Source: Smithellaceae bacterium
GTDB taxonomy: Bacteria; Desulfobacterota; Syntrophia; Syntrophales; Smithellaceae
Assembly (NCBI GenBank): GCA_963667845.2
Contig: CAXXVL010000001.1
Location: forward strand, 971,744-1,035,743
Reading direction: 5' to 3'
DNA: 64,000 bases
Notes under the pieces: generated by a model
The model's input: the letters and a program-made list of their open reading frames with translations, nothing else
Told to the model about the DNA's origin: nothing
The model's database searches: none
Translations under genes and position numbers: made by a program
Part shown: positions 9,698-21,945 of the stretch, one piece after another
How the letters are laid out: the number at the start of each line of letters is the position of its first letter
Position numbering within the stretch: the stretch's first letter is position 1

Positions 9698-11325
9698 GCA
9701 CAAAGCCGATACTCCGCTGTGCCATCTATACTCGTAAATCTTCAGAAGAGGGGTTGGAGCAGGACTTCAATTCTCTTCATGCACAGCGAGAAGCATGTGA
9801 GGCATATATTACCAGCCAGAAGCATGAGGGATGGCATCTTGTTAAGACGCACTATGATGATGGTGGATTCAGTGGTGGTAATATGGAACGCCCGTCATTG
9901 AAACAATTGTTGGTAGATATTGAAGACAGGAAAGTAAATGTAGTGATTGTGTATAAAGTGGACCGGTTGACTCGATCATTAACTGACTTTGCCAGAATCA
10001 TCGAGCGTTTCGATAAGCAGGGTGTTTCATTTGTCTCGGTGACACAGCAGTTCAATACGACCAGTTCCATGGGAAGACTCACCCTGAATGTGTTGTTGTC
10101 CTTTGCACAGTTTGAGAGGGAAGTTACCGGTGAGAGGATCAGGGATAAAATTGCAGCCTCCAAGAAAAAAGGGATGTGGATGGGAGGATTTGTCCCATTG
10201 GGCTATGACCTTAAGGATCGCAAGCTCCTAATCAACGCAAAGGAAGCGAAGACCATTCAACATATATATAGTCAATACTTGGAACTGGGATGTGTCCGCC
10301 TGCTTAAAGAAGATCTCGACAGACGAGGAATTCATTCCAAAACCCGAGGACAGAAGGGCGGTTGTTCATTTTCACGCGGTACGCTCTATAGAATTCTCTC
10401 CAACCCAATCTATATTGGTCAGATATGCCATAAAGGAACCTGCCATACGGGTCAGCATGAAGCGATCATAGAACAAGAATTATGGGAACAGGTACAAAAG
10501 CTTATGGCGAGCAATTCTGCAGAACATAAATCAAGCTCCTGCAATACGAAGTCCTCTCCTCTAACCAATAAATTGTTCGATGTCTCAGGTGAACGTCTTG
10601 TATCCGTCCATGTCAATAAAAAGGGAAGGCGATACCGCTACTATATCTCGCAAAGCCTTAGGGCAGACCCCAAAGAGGCTTCATCAAGCAGTTGGCGATT
10701 ACCGGGCCTGGAAATTGAGCAAACCATCAAGCATGCGGTGTTAGATATTATCTCGGATAAGATTGCTGTCACTACTGCATTACAGGAAGCGAGCACTGCG
10801 ACTCAGCATATTTCCTCTGCACTCCTTTCAGCCAAGAAGATACAATCTGATGCGGCAGATTTGATCGACAGCTTTGTCCAGCGCGTGGAATTGCAGCCGA
10901 CCGGAATACGCCTCACGCTATCGCTGGCATCGTTGTTACAAGAGACGGACTCTCATGATGTAACTATAGTCCGGGATATACCAATGCAGATGAAACGGCG
11001 GGGAGTGGAGATGCGGTTGATAGTTGGTGGTACCGGACAGGCTAAAGTGGATCAAACATTATTAAAGACCATTATTCTCGCCCATAAATGGTTCAATGAT
11101 CTGGTATCCGGACGAGTGCGCAATATGGCTGAAATCGCATCAAAAGAGGGCATAGACAAAAGTTATGTTTCCCGAGTAATAGCTCTTGCCTTTCTTGCCC
11201 CGGACATCACAGAGAGCATCGTAGCGGGTCAGCAGCCTGCTGATCTCAGCGCTGAAAAACTTACGAGACGCATTGATATGCCTCCAGACTGGACGCAACA
11301 GCGCCAGCTTCTGGGTTTAATTTAA
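9694..11325 (+). CDS. Large serine recombinase (resolvase + recombinase domains)
   Basis: RCAIYTRKSS, DDGGFSGG, YKVDRLTRS, FAQFERE; ATG 9694 with AGGAGG overlaps the upstream stop (ATGA). Confidence 0.92.
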   Translation: MSTKPILRCAIYTRKSSEEGLEQDFNSLHAQREACEAYITSQKHEGWHLVKTHYDDGGFSGGNMERPSLKQLLVDIEDRKVNVVIVYKVDRLTRSLTDFARIIERFDKQGVSFVSVTQQFNTTSSMGRLTLNVLLSFAQFEREVTGERIRDKIAASKKKGMWMGGFVPLGYDLKDRKLLINAKEAKTIQHIYSQYLELGCVRLLKEDLDRRGIHSKTRGQKGGCSFSRGTLYRILSNPIYIGQICHKGTCHTGQHEAIIEQELWEQVQKLMASNSAEHKSSSCNTKSSPLTNKLFDVSGERLVSVHVNKKGRRYRYYISQSLRADPKEASSSSWRLPGLEIEQTIKHAVLDIISDKIAVTTALQEASTATQHISSALLSAKKIQSDAADLIDSFVQRVELQPTGIRLTLSLASLLQETDSHDVTIVRDIPMQMKRRGVEMRLIVGGTGQAKVDQTLLKTIILAHKWFNDLVSGRVRNMAEIASKEGIDKSYVSRVIALAFLAPDITESIVAGQQPADLSAEKLTRRIDMPPDWTQQRQLLGLI

Positions 11326-11581
11326 TCATCTAAGTTACCTGACCTGTTTGGGACAGAGAAAAGAACGAAAAGGCGTGGACATTAATAATGCGACGGAGAT
11401 GCGCTGTACCGTCACTTGATATAAAAAAGGTACGAACGTTGTGTTGTGTATCAAGGGAATATTTGCCATGTGGAGGGGTGAGATAACTAAGTACTGAAAA
11501 TCATGATAAGTGACTTACACAATGATTAACGAATGCTTTACAGGCTATTTACTTTCGCACTTAATCAAATAAACTTTGATT

Positions 11582-12301
11582 TCATGTATAATGTGCATCG
11601 GTAAGATCAATCCATAAATGAGCCAAATTAATTTCGCTATCGTGCCGATAGACGATTGAGCAACTTCGAAAAACCTTTCCTTCGCGTTCTAACGACATTA
11701 GTCGTTCTTCATCTGACCATTTTGGTTCATGCCCATCATTTTCTGCCAAGACTGAAATCCATCCGTTAACTCGGTTATACCAATCCAGAGGCGTACCGTC
11801 TTGGATATAACCAATCATTCCTGCTTGATTAAAAGAACTACCATGAATTTTCAATTTGAAACGTTCTATTCCACCGCATGTGACATGTTTTCCATTTTTT
11901 TCATGACCATACACATATTCGCACTGCCGTTTCTTTTCTAGCTGTGTAGTTAATCTTTTTCCTTCAAAGACAGCAACTTTGGGGGTCCTAATTGCCACGT
12001 CGGGGATGTGTAAAAAAATACCTATATCAGTGGCAGGACTATGACCATCCGCTTCATTTTCCATGCTTTCATTTTGGGAAAAAAAGGGGAGATCATTTTT
12101 TCTACTCAAATTTGTTATAAAACAAGAAAGACTTCTATTTAAGCCATCCTCATTCTTAATACCATCTCTTATTACGGACAGCGCAAATAAAGGAAGAGAT
12201 TTGTTAACTAGTTGAAGAATTTTTTTGAACTGCACCTGTGAAGGCGGGCCTTGAAAATTCCCCATTCCTTTAAGCATTCGTTTCATGCGATCTTTCATCA
12301 T
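11582..12301 (-). CDS. Putative PD-(D/E)XK-like nuclease
   Basis: ATDIGIF...VFEGKRL (D...ExK), then EYV..GGIERFK and AGMIGYIQ; starts 7 nt after the MTase stop. Confidence 0.55.
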   Translation of the reverse strand: MMKDRMKRMLKGMGNFQGPPSQVQFKKILQLVNKSLPLFALSVIRDGIKNEDGLNRSLSCFITNLSRKNDLPFFSQNESMENEADGHSPATDIGIFLHIPDVAIRTPKVAVFEGKRLTTQLEKKRQCEYVYGHEKNGKHVTCGGIERFKLKIHGSSFNQAGMIGYIQDGTPLDWYNRVNGWISVLAENDGHEPKWSDEERLMSLEREGKVFRSCSIVYRHDSEINLAHLWIDLTDAHYT

Positions 12302-12308
12302 ACTAGGT

Positions 12309-15300
12309 TCAGTATCCCTGATCTAATAAATCGACCAGAGTCTCGTCAGCATCACGTAATGCTATTGAACGTAACCAATAGCGTTTTTGGTTCGGTTTTA
12401 TTATAAGAATCACATTCTCTTCATATAGCCGAAGAATGCGATTTACAAATAAACGATTTCCATGTTTATGAAGCATTAGCTTTTCAAGCAAGAGGCCAGC
12501 TTTATTTGTGTCTGAAGGATCTATATCCGGTGCATCTCCGTAACAAAAAGGGAAACATATAAATGATCGTAGTTTGATGGGCTTTAAAGGGAAAAACTTT
12601 TCATATACAGGATTTAAGATATGGCAAAAAGTCTCTCCAAAATTGAATAAGTCGGAATCATCGACTCCATCCAATACGGAGGCTGTTTCTCCTTTATTTC
12701 TGAATTCAATTAGATATTTTTCAATATCTTCGATAAGAATATTCTCCCAGAAATTAAAGTCGACTTTTTCCATATCTTCTGAATACGGTAATGCAAAAAT
12801 ATCTCTTTGCAGCAATGATGTTGCACGATTAACCAGCATCCGACTGCTCACCATAGCAGCGAGAACTCCATATAACCCTGAATCATTCAATTGATCAGCA
12901 AGAGCTTTAAGTTTCTTTGCATCTTTCTTTGGAGCAGAAATGCCAATCATTTGATTACTAAAGACTAAATATTTATTAGAAAAGATTGCAGGAATGGATG
13001 ATTTATCCACAATTTCTCTTATAAGCACATGCGGTGGTGAAAAAATTTCTTTTACGCTATTTCTGGTTTCTTCAAAGAAAGTCGCTTTACATGACTTTAT
13101 GTGATTCCAATCAATGCCTTCACGGTTAAGAGCGGATGAAGGAACATCCAATGCACCAGATATCCATTCAGCAGTTTTAGGTAATCTTTTTAACTCGAAT
13201 TTTTTCTTTCGAGCGTCAGGAGATAATCTAATTAGTTCTTGAATATTCGAAGCATCATTTAGTTTCTTTCCGCAACCGATGATGTAACCTTCACTGAATT
13301 GCCATTTTCTCTTTATGCGTTGCTCTTCCAGGTATTCTCCTAGGGTGGGAAAGTCAGAAAAACGCTTCAAAAGAGTTTGAAGTCTGCCACCTCCTAGAAG
13401 ATTAGCCTTCCAAACAAATTTATTATCTGATATTAATTTACGATCAACCCAATGAAAATCATAAGGGTCTAGCTCAAAAAGCAGTTTTTCTTTAGAGGCA
13501 CGAGTTCGATGGAAAATTATATGAAGAATTTTATCAGATGAAGGTGGATGGTTATATCCCATTATCGCTGCCGCAGCCACTTGAACTTTCGTGAAAAGAA
13601 TCTCATCCAATGAAGTAAAATCAAATATACATTCCGTGTGGAATTTCCCAAAAAGATATGTTCGAAATGAGATCCCATTTCCATTATATAATAAAGGACC
13701 TGCCGGTTGAATTAAACATACTGTTGCGGATTCATGACAAAGTTTAAAAGATTGCTCATAGAAGAGAAGAGCAAGTTGCTGATCAGGAAGTTCAGGCCTG
13801 TTCATTGATTCACATTTCTCGATATCTTTAGCTGCCGTAGTTGTTAAACTACTTTCGAAGGGAGGATTGCCAATGATCAAATCATAATGGTCATTAAATT
13901 CTCCCGACTTAACAATTTCAAAAAAATCTCTGGCTAGTAGATTCCTTTGACGTAAGTCATCAAATTTCAATTCATTCCAAATGGACAGAGGTTCCAATTC
14001 ATCGCATAAAGCGACACAGAGACTGAATGCTGTAATTAAGACGGATTCAGGTTTTTCATCGAATCCAAATATATTATTCTTAAGAAGTGATTTAAGATCC
14101 TTCAGTGAAGGTAAATTCCAATTATTTACCATGCGCCAACAATAAATTAATCGTTTAAAAGCTCCAACCAAGAATACTCCTGAACCGCAGGCAGGGTCGA
14201 GAATTTTCCACTGGAGGATCTCCGGTTTAATGGGAAGACATTGATCTAATAGAAATTCTACAAGCATAGGTGGAGTATAAACGACACCTTTATCATCTGT
14301 CTTTTTTTGTGAAGGTTTATCATCTTGTTTTTTTGCTAAAAATTCCTCATATATATTACTAATTAGTTCAATTGGCAGATCTTCGAATGAATAAAGCGGC
14401 CAAAAAATACACTGACCAGAAGGTTCTTGATCTCCGCGCAGAAAATCGGCAATAGGTCTTAAATCGGCATTGGATAACTCCCTTTTATCATCTTCTGTTA
14501 GTTCAAAGATGCCTCCATTAAAATGTTTGCTTAAGTTTTCAAACAGTTTTACACAACTTCCGTGTTCTAAGAATAGCGATGCAAAATCATCATATCCGTT
14601 TTTTGAAAATTGACTAAAAAAGCCTTTTTTGAATACTCCATTTCCATCGGCATCTTTGCGGTCACATAAATATTTAACGAGTATGGATATCACTAAAAGT
14701 CGATTCGTTACCGACTTGGAGAGCGTCTCTTGTTTTAATATTTCTTTTCGAAAGTCTTTAAGGTAAATTAAAAGTTGATGATACGCGGTTTTTTCTAATG
14801 TAAAATAACTTTTAAATTTCGGATCTTCCCAAAAAGTACCAGTGGTAATATCACGAGTTATAAACGCTTGCTCTGTTAATATAAGTGATTCGAGTAAAGA
14901 AAATGGGCTAAAAAGTGGTTTATTAGTGCTCCGATCAATATCTGGTGCTCGACGGCAATTCAGGACTCTAATACTGGTGGCGGTGAAAATAAATGCCAGT
15001 GGTACAAGGCCAGCATTCCAAAGTCGGCAATGAATACCTGCGTATTTTGCCTCATCCAATGTTAATGAAGTATTGCGATATATATAAATTTGCGGCACTG
15101 GAGAGCGTTTTTCTTCATCCGCAAATATTCGAAAGAAAACAGCGTCTGCTTGAAAATTTTCGGCCTGTTCTAAAGCAATTCGAATTAAAGGAATACTTAT
15201 ATGATTTTTATCCTTTACAAAAAACATGCCCTCCGGTGACTTGCCATTCTGTAAAAGTAAATCTAATTTTTTGAGCTGCTTTATAAATATTTTTTCAGCG

Positions 15301-15311
15301 TCTACCATCAT
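12309..15311 (-). CDS. N6-adenine DNA methyltransferase, type IIG/Eco57I-like size
   Basis: 1000 aa; GVVYTP, ILDPACGSGVFL, IIGNPPF; long C-terminal region (presumed target recognition). Confidence 0.88.
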   Translation of the reverse strand: MMVDAEKIFIKQLKKLDLLLQNGKSPEGMFFVKDKNHISIPLIRIALEQAENFQADAVFFRIFADEEKRSPVPQIYIYRNTSLTLDEAKYAGIHCRLWNAGLVPLAFIFTATSIRVLNCRRAPDIDRSTNKPLFSPFSLLESLILTEQAFITRDITTGTFWEDPKFKSYFTLEKTAYHQLLIYLKDFRKEILKQETLSKSVTNRLLVISILVKYLCDRKDADGNGVFKKGFFSQFSKNGYDDFASLFLEHGSCVKLFENLSKHFNGGIFELTEDDKRELSNADLRPIADFLRGDQEPSGQCIFWPLYSFEDLPIELISNIYEEFLAKKQDDKPSQKKTDDKGVVYTPPMLVEFLLDQCLPIKPEILQWKILDPACGSGVFLVGAFKRLIYCWRMVNNWNLPSLKDLKSLLKNNIFGFDEKPESVLITAFSLCVALCDELEPLSIWNELKFDDLRQRNLLARDFFEIVKSGEFNDHYDLIIGNPPFESSLTTTAAKDIEKCESMNRPELPDQQLALLFYEQSFKLCHESATVCLIQPAGPLLYNGNGISFRTYLFGKFHTECIFDFTSLDEILFTKVQVAAAAIMGYNHPPSSDKILHIIFHRTRASKEKLLFELDPYDFHWVDRKLISDNKFVWKANLLGGGRLQTLLKRFSDFPTLGEYLEEQRIKRKWQFSEGYIIGCGKKLNDASNIQELIRLSPDARKKKFELKRLPKTAEWISGALDVPSSALNREGIDWNHIKSCKATFFEETRNSVKEIFSPPHVLIREIVDKSSIPAIFSNKYLVFSNQMIGISAPKKDAKKLKALADQLNDSGLYGVLAAMVSSRMLVNRATSLLQRDIFALPYSEDMEKVDFNFWENILIEDIEKYLIEFRNKGETASVLDGVDDSDLFNFGETFCHILNPVYEKFFPLKPIKLRSFICFPFCYGDAPDIDPSDTNKAGLLLEKLMLHKHGNRLFVNRILRLYEENVILIIKPNQKRYWLRSIALRDADETLVDLLDQGY

Positions 15312-15317
15312 TTTTCC

Positions 15318-15355
15318 AAAAAAAAGCCAGCCGCTTTTCTAACTCGACTGGCTTT
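15318..15355 (-). terminator. Intrinsic terminator-like hairpin immediately upstream of the MTase start
   Basis: Minus strand AAAGCCAGTCG-N11-CGGCTGGC followed by T8. Confidence 0.6.
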
Positions 15356-15534
15356 GGGTTGACTTTTTGCCGCATGGATTCCTCTCCTTCAGGGATTAAT
15401 CTTATCTACTTCCATGCTAATTTTTCTGTTCACGGTGGATAATTTCTGAATTTTACGCTTATTTCTTATTAAGTTCAATAGAAATATTGATGCGCTATAA
15501 AGGCAAAATGCAATTGTATCTCGCCACGATTCTG

Positions 15535-16146
15535 CGGCAGAGCGGAATGAAATTGAAGTCGTAACCAACAATTATTTTAAATCTGTTGGCCGCCAAAATC
15601 TCTAACAGAGAAAATAACCGTATTCTGGTCCAAACTGGCTCGATATCGGTTATCTCCGGCCAACACTTTTATCTGAACCACGCCAACTGCGCCCCTTCGG
15701 GCGCAGTTGCTGCAAAATCTCTCTGCATGCGGTATTCTTGGTGGAGCGGAATGAAATTGAAATCGCAACCAACAATCATTTTAAATCTGTTGGCCGCCAA
15801 AATCTCTAACAGAGAAAATAACCGTATTGTGGTCCAAATTGGCTCGATGTCCGTTCTCTCCGGCCAACACTTTCATCTGAACCACGCCAACTGCGCCCCT
15901 TCGGGCGCAGTTGCTGCAAAATCTCTCTGTATGCGGTATTCTTGGTGGAGCGGAATGAAATTGAAATCGCAACCAACAATCATTTTAAATCTGTTGGCCG
16001 CCAAAATCTCTAACAGAGAAAATAACCGTATTGTGGTCCAAATTGGCTCGATGTCCGTTCTCTCCGGCCAACACTTTCATCTGAACCACGCCAACTGCGC
16101 CCCTTCGGGCGCAGTTGCTGCAAAATCTCTCTGTATGCGGTATTCT
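15535..16146 (-). repeat. Three 204-bp tRNA-linked tandem repeats
   Basis: Units 15943-16146 and 15739-15942 read identical; 15535-15738 differs at about 13 positions; each has the hairpin CAACTGCGCCC-CTTC-GGGCGCAGTTG. Confidence 0.95.
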
Positions 16147-16221
16147 TGGTGGGCCGTGCGGGGATTGAACCCGCGGCCAACGGATTAAAAGTCCGCTGCT
16201 CTACCGCTGAGCTAACGGCCC
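16147..16221 (-). tRNA. tRNA-Lys (anticodon UUU)
   Basis: GGGCCGTTAGCTCAGCGGTAGAGCAGCGGACTTTTAATCCGTTGGCCGCGGGTTCAATCCCCGCACGGCCCACCA folds as a full cloverleaf with encoded CCA. Confidence 0.97.
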
Positions 16222-16251
16222 ACTGTTTCTGGTGTTATTTAAGAACAAGGC

Positions 16252-16280
16252 TCTCTAGCAGCTAGCAAGAGGCGTGTCAA
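16252..16280 (-). promoter_or_regulatory. Putative sigma70 promoter of tRNA-Lys
   Basis: TTGACA-17 nt-TAGAGA on the minus strand. Confidence 0.55.
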
Positions 16281-16349
16281 GAAGAAACTGAATCCGGAAT
16301 GCACATTCTCCGCGGCGTGCCCCGGAGAGCAAACGAATACGTAATCATT

Positions 16350-19258
<2,909 letters not shown>

Positions 19259-19270
19259 GGTGTTCTTAAG

Positions 19271-20398
19271 TTAAAGGCTCTTGACCTTTTCGTTGAAAAC
19301 TTTTTCCAGCTCGGCCAGCGCTACTTTGAGATCCGACTCTTCAATGGTGGGACCGCACCAAAAACGGTAACCGGCGGGTGCATCCTTATAAGAGTTGATG
19401 TCGTGGGCGATGTTTTTCTTGCTCAGATCGGAAGCGATGCTTTTCAGGAACTTGCCTTTTGCGTCCGCGTCCAGCGCTGCAACTTTGGGATGCGTTACGG
19501 ACAGACACACGGACGTGTTGGAGCGCACTTTGGCGTCCTGGGCCAGGAATTCGATCCAGTCGGTCTTGGCAACCCAGTCGGCAACGACTTTCAGGTTGCC
19601 TTCGCTTTTCTTAATGAGGCCCTGGAGGCCGATTTTGCCTGCCCAATCCAGTGCGTCCAGATAATCTTCGACGCAGATCATCGAAGGCGTATTGATGACG
19701 TCTCCATCAAAGATCGCCTTGCTGATCTTATCGCCTTTTTTCAGACGGAAGATTTTCGGCATCGGCCAGGGCGGTGTATAGGATTCCAGGCGGGCGACGG
19801 CTTTGGGGCTCAGGACCATCATGCCGTGCGCGGCTTCGCCGCCCAGGCATTTCTGCCAGGAATAAGTGAGAACGTCAATTTTGCTCCAGTCGACATCCTG
19901 GGCAAAAACATAGCTTGTGGCATCGCACAGGGACAAGCCCTCGCGGTCGGCGGGAATCCAGTTCCAATCGGGGATCCGCACGCCGCTGGTGGTGCCGTTG
20001 GATACGAAAACTACATCGGTCTTCCAATCCACTTTGGAAAGGTCGGGAATTTTGCCGTAATCGGCCTTGATAATCGTGGGATTAAGTTTAAGCTGCTTAT
20101 TGACGTCCGTGGCCCATCCTTCCGAGAAACTTTCCCAGACCAAAACGGTGACCGGTTTGGGACCCAGGAGTGACCACATGGCGCATTCGAAAGCACCGGT
20201 ATCGGAAGCCGGCAGAATGCCCACGAGGTAATCTGACGGGATATTTAAGACTTTGCGTGTATCATTAAGCGCTTTGATGATTCTTTCTTTTCCCAACGCG
20301 GAACGGTGTGAGCGGCCGACCGGCGCGCTCTTCAGCGCGTCGATACTCCACGCTGGCCTCTTGCTGCAAGGGCCGGAACTGAAATTAGGGTTGTGCAT
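19271..20398 (-). CDS. serC: Phosphoserine aminotransferase (Methanosarcina type)
   Basis: NPNFSSGPC, GRSHRS, SDTGAFE, NGTTSG, SWQK. Confidence 0.93.
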   Translation of the reverse strand: MHNPNFSSGPCSKRPAWSIDALKSAPVGRSHRSALGKERIIKALNDTRKVLNIPSDYLVGILPASDTGAFECAMWSLLGPKPVTVLVWESFSEGWATDVNKQLKLNPTIIKADYGKIPDLSKVDWKTDVVFVSNGTTSGVRIPDWNWIPADREGLSLCDATSYVFAQDVDWSKIDVLTYSWQKCLGGEAAHGMMVLSPKAVARLESYTPPWPMPKIFRLKKGDKISKAIFDGDVINTPSMICVEDYLDALDWAGKIGLQGLIKKSEGNLKVVADWVAKTDWIEFLAQDAKVRSNTSVCLSVTHPKVAALDADAKGKFLKSIASDLSKKNIAHDINSYKDAPAGYRFWCGPTIEESDLKVALAELEKVFNEKVKSL

Positions 20399-20555
20399 AG
20401 GTGACCATCCTTAAAATAAATTTTCTTTAAAGCTGGGATTTCCATACCAGCATTAAGCTCTTTTCTCAAGAAATTTAAACCATAGAACGCGTCTCGTGAC
20501 TAACGGTCGCGGGATGTTCAGTTAGGCATCCGATAAATCAACGCAATATCAAATT

Positions 20556-20569
20556 TTGACTTAAGTCAA
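20556..20569. promoter_or_regulatory. CRP/FNR-family-like palindromic box
   Basis: Perfect palindrome TTGAC-TTAA-GTCAA about 90 nt upstream of the cupin gene. Confidence 0.55.
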
Positions 20570-20659
20570 TTACAATGTGGCGATTTCAGTTTATGGTAAA
20601 ATTGAAAAAAAGGGTTATCTTATTGATAATTACTATCCCTTTGGAGGAGGAGAATAACC

Positions 20660-20995
20660 ATGACAGAAAACGTAACCGGGATCAGCGATTTTACAAAAGC
20701 GTTTCAGCTCAAGGACTTGACCGCTTATCAGGAACATTCCGTCGTCAGTCGGGAGATCGTCCGTAAACCGGCCGGTACGGTCACCGTCTTCGCTTTTGAT
20801 CAGGATGAAGGTTTGAGTGAGCACACTGCCCCCTTTGATGCACTTGTTTATTTATTGGAAGGCGAGGCTCGGATAACCATCGATCAGAAACCCCACGTCC
20901 TGAAAGAGGGCGAAATGATCATCATGCCGGCTCATAAACCGCACGCTCTGAAAGCATTGACGCGGTATAAGATGTTGTTAGTGATGATCAAGTAA
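20660..20995 (+). CDS. Cupin domain protein
   Basis: FAFDQDEGLSEHTAPFDA...IIMPAHKPHAL; RBS GGAGGAG. Confidence 0.9.
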   Translation: MTENVTGISDFTKAFQLKDLTAYQEHSVVSREIVRKPAGTVTVFAFDQDEGLSEHTAPFDALVYLLEGEARITIDQKPHVLKEGEMIIMPAHKPHALKALTRYKMLLVMIK

Positions 20996-21109
20996 AGGAC
21001 ATATTGCTGACACTCGAGATTAAGTACGCTCCATCTACGCGAAAAAATTGCGTAACCAGAAATAATAGTTATCAATATTAAAAAAGAAAAGAAGAAACTT
21101 GGAGAAGGG

Positions 21110-21760
21110 ATGAAAATGAAAAACGTGTTTGCTGATGTGTTTTTAGTCATGGCCATGACAATGGCATTGATTGTTGGAATGTCCAGTCCGGCAGCAGCTC
21201 ACTGTGATACGTTGGACGGACCTGTTATTCAAGATGCCAGGAAGGCCTTGGAGGTCAAAGATATTACGCCCGTCCTCAAGTGGGTCAAACCCAGGGATGA
21301 AAAAAGCATTCGTACGGCCTTTGCCAGGGCACTTGCCGCGAAGGGCAAGAAAGATGAAGCCGCAGCGGAGAATCAGTTTTTTGTAACCCTCGTCAAGATC
21401 CATCGCGCCGGTGAAGGTGCGCCCTTTGCAGGGTTGAAACCGGCCGGAGAAATCGAACCGGCCATTGTTGAAGCGGACAAATCCCTGACGAATGGATCCG
21501 CTGATGCTTTGGTGAAGCAGATGACTGATGAGATGGCAGTCGGCATCAAAAAACGTTTCGAACGGGCCGCGGCCACTTACAAACACAAAGATGAGACCGT
21601 TGAGCAAGGCAGGGAGTTTGTCGAAGCCTACGTGGAATATACGCATTTTGTAGAGAAACTTCATCAGGTCGCGGCGGGCAAAAACGCGCATGGCGCACAC
21701 CGTCAAGCGTCAAAGCATACCGAAAAAAAGGGAAGGGGTGTCAGCGAGCAAGGACATTAA
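21110..21760 (+). CDS. Exported DUF6448-like protein
   Basis: Signal peptide then AHCDTLDGPV...LKWV...IHRAGEGAPF.GLKP...YVEYTHFVE. Confidence 0.75.
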   Translation: MKMKNVFADVFLVMAMTMALIVGMSSPAAAHCDTLDGPVIQDARKALEVKDITPVLKWVKPRDEKSIRTAFARALAAKGKKDEAAAENQFFVTLVKIHRAGEGAPFAGLKPAGEIEPAIVEADKSLTNGSADALVKQMTDEMAVGIKKRFERAAATYKHKDETVEQGREFVEAYVEYTHFVEKLHQVAAGKNAHGAHRQASKHTEKKGRGVSEQGH

Positions 21761-21945
21761 GACGGAGGAACAATTATGAAATTTCAGATAACGCCGACTT
21801 CGACCGGATGAATAAAATTGGCTGGGAACTGCGCAAGTTTCACCGCGAGGAATACTCCGCGCATCGCGGTGTGCGCTATAACTTCTATCCGGTGAAAGAC
21901 ATATTTTTGAGCGGGTTGAAAGGCGTTAAAAAAGAACATCGCAGA

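Larger units (their letters stand above)
8841..15311. mobile_element. Putative integrative element/genomic island segment (recombinase module plus RM-like cargo) beside tRNA-Lys
   Basis: Recombinase trio, AT-rich cargo, position next to a tRNA 3' end; att sites not identified, so boundaries are approximate. Confidence 0.5.

Noticed and set aside
11340..11520. att site or tRNA fragment downstream of the recombinase
   Set aside because: No convincing direct repeat with the tRNA-Lys end or the left flank could be found by eye
15535..16146. CRISPR array
   Set aside because: Whole 204-bp units repeat with no unique spacers, and there are no cas genes in the window
15586..16188. 200-aa repeat protein ORF
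   Set aside because: Arises from the 204-bp period being a multiple of 3; runs antisense into the tRNA; no RBS or recognisable domain
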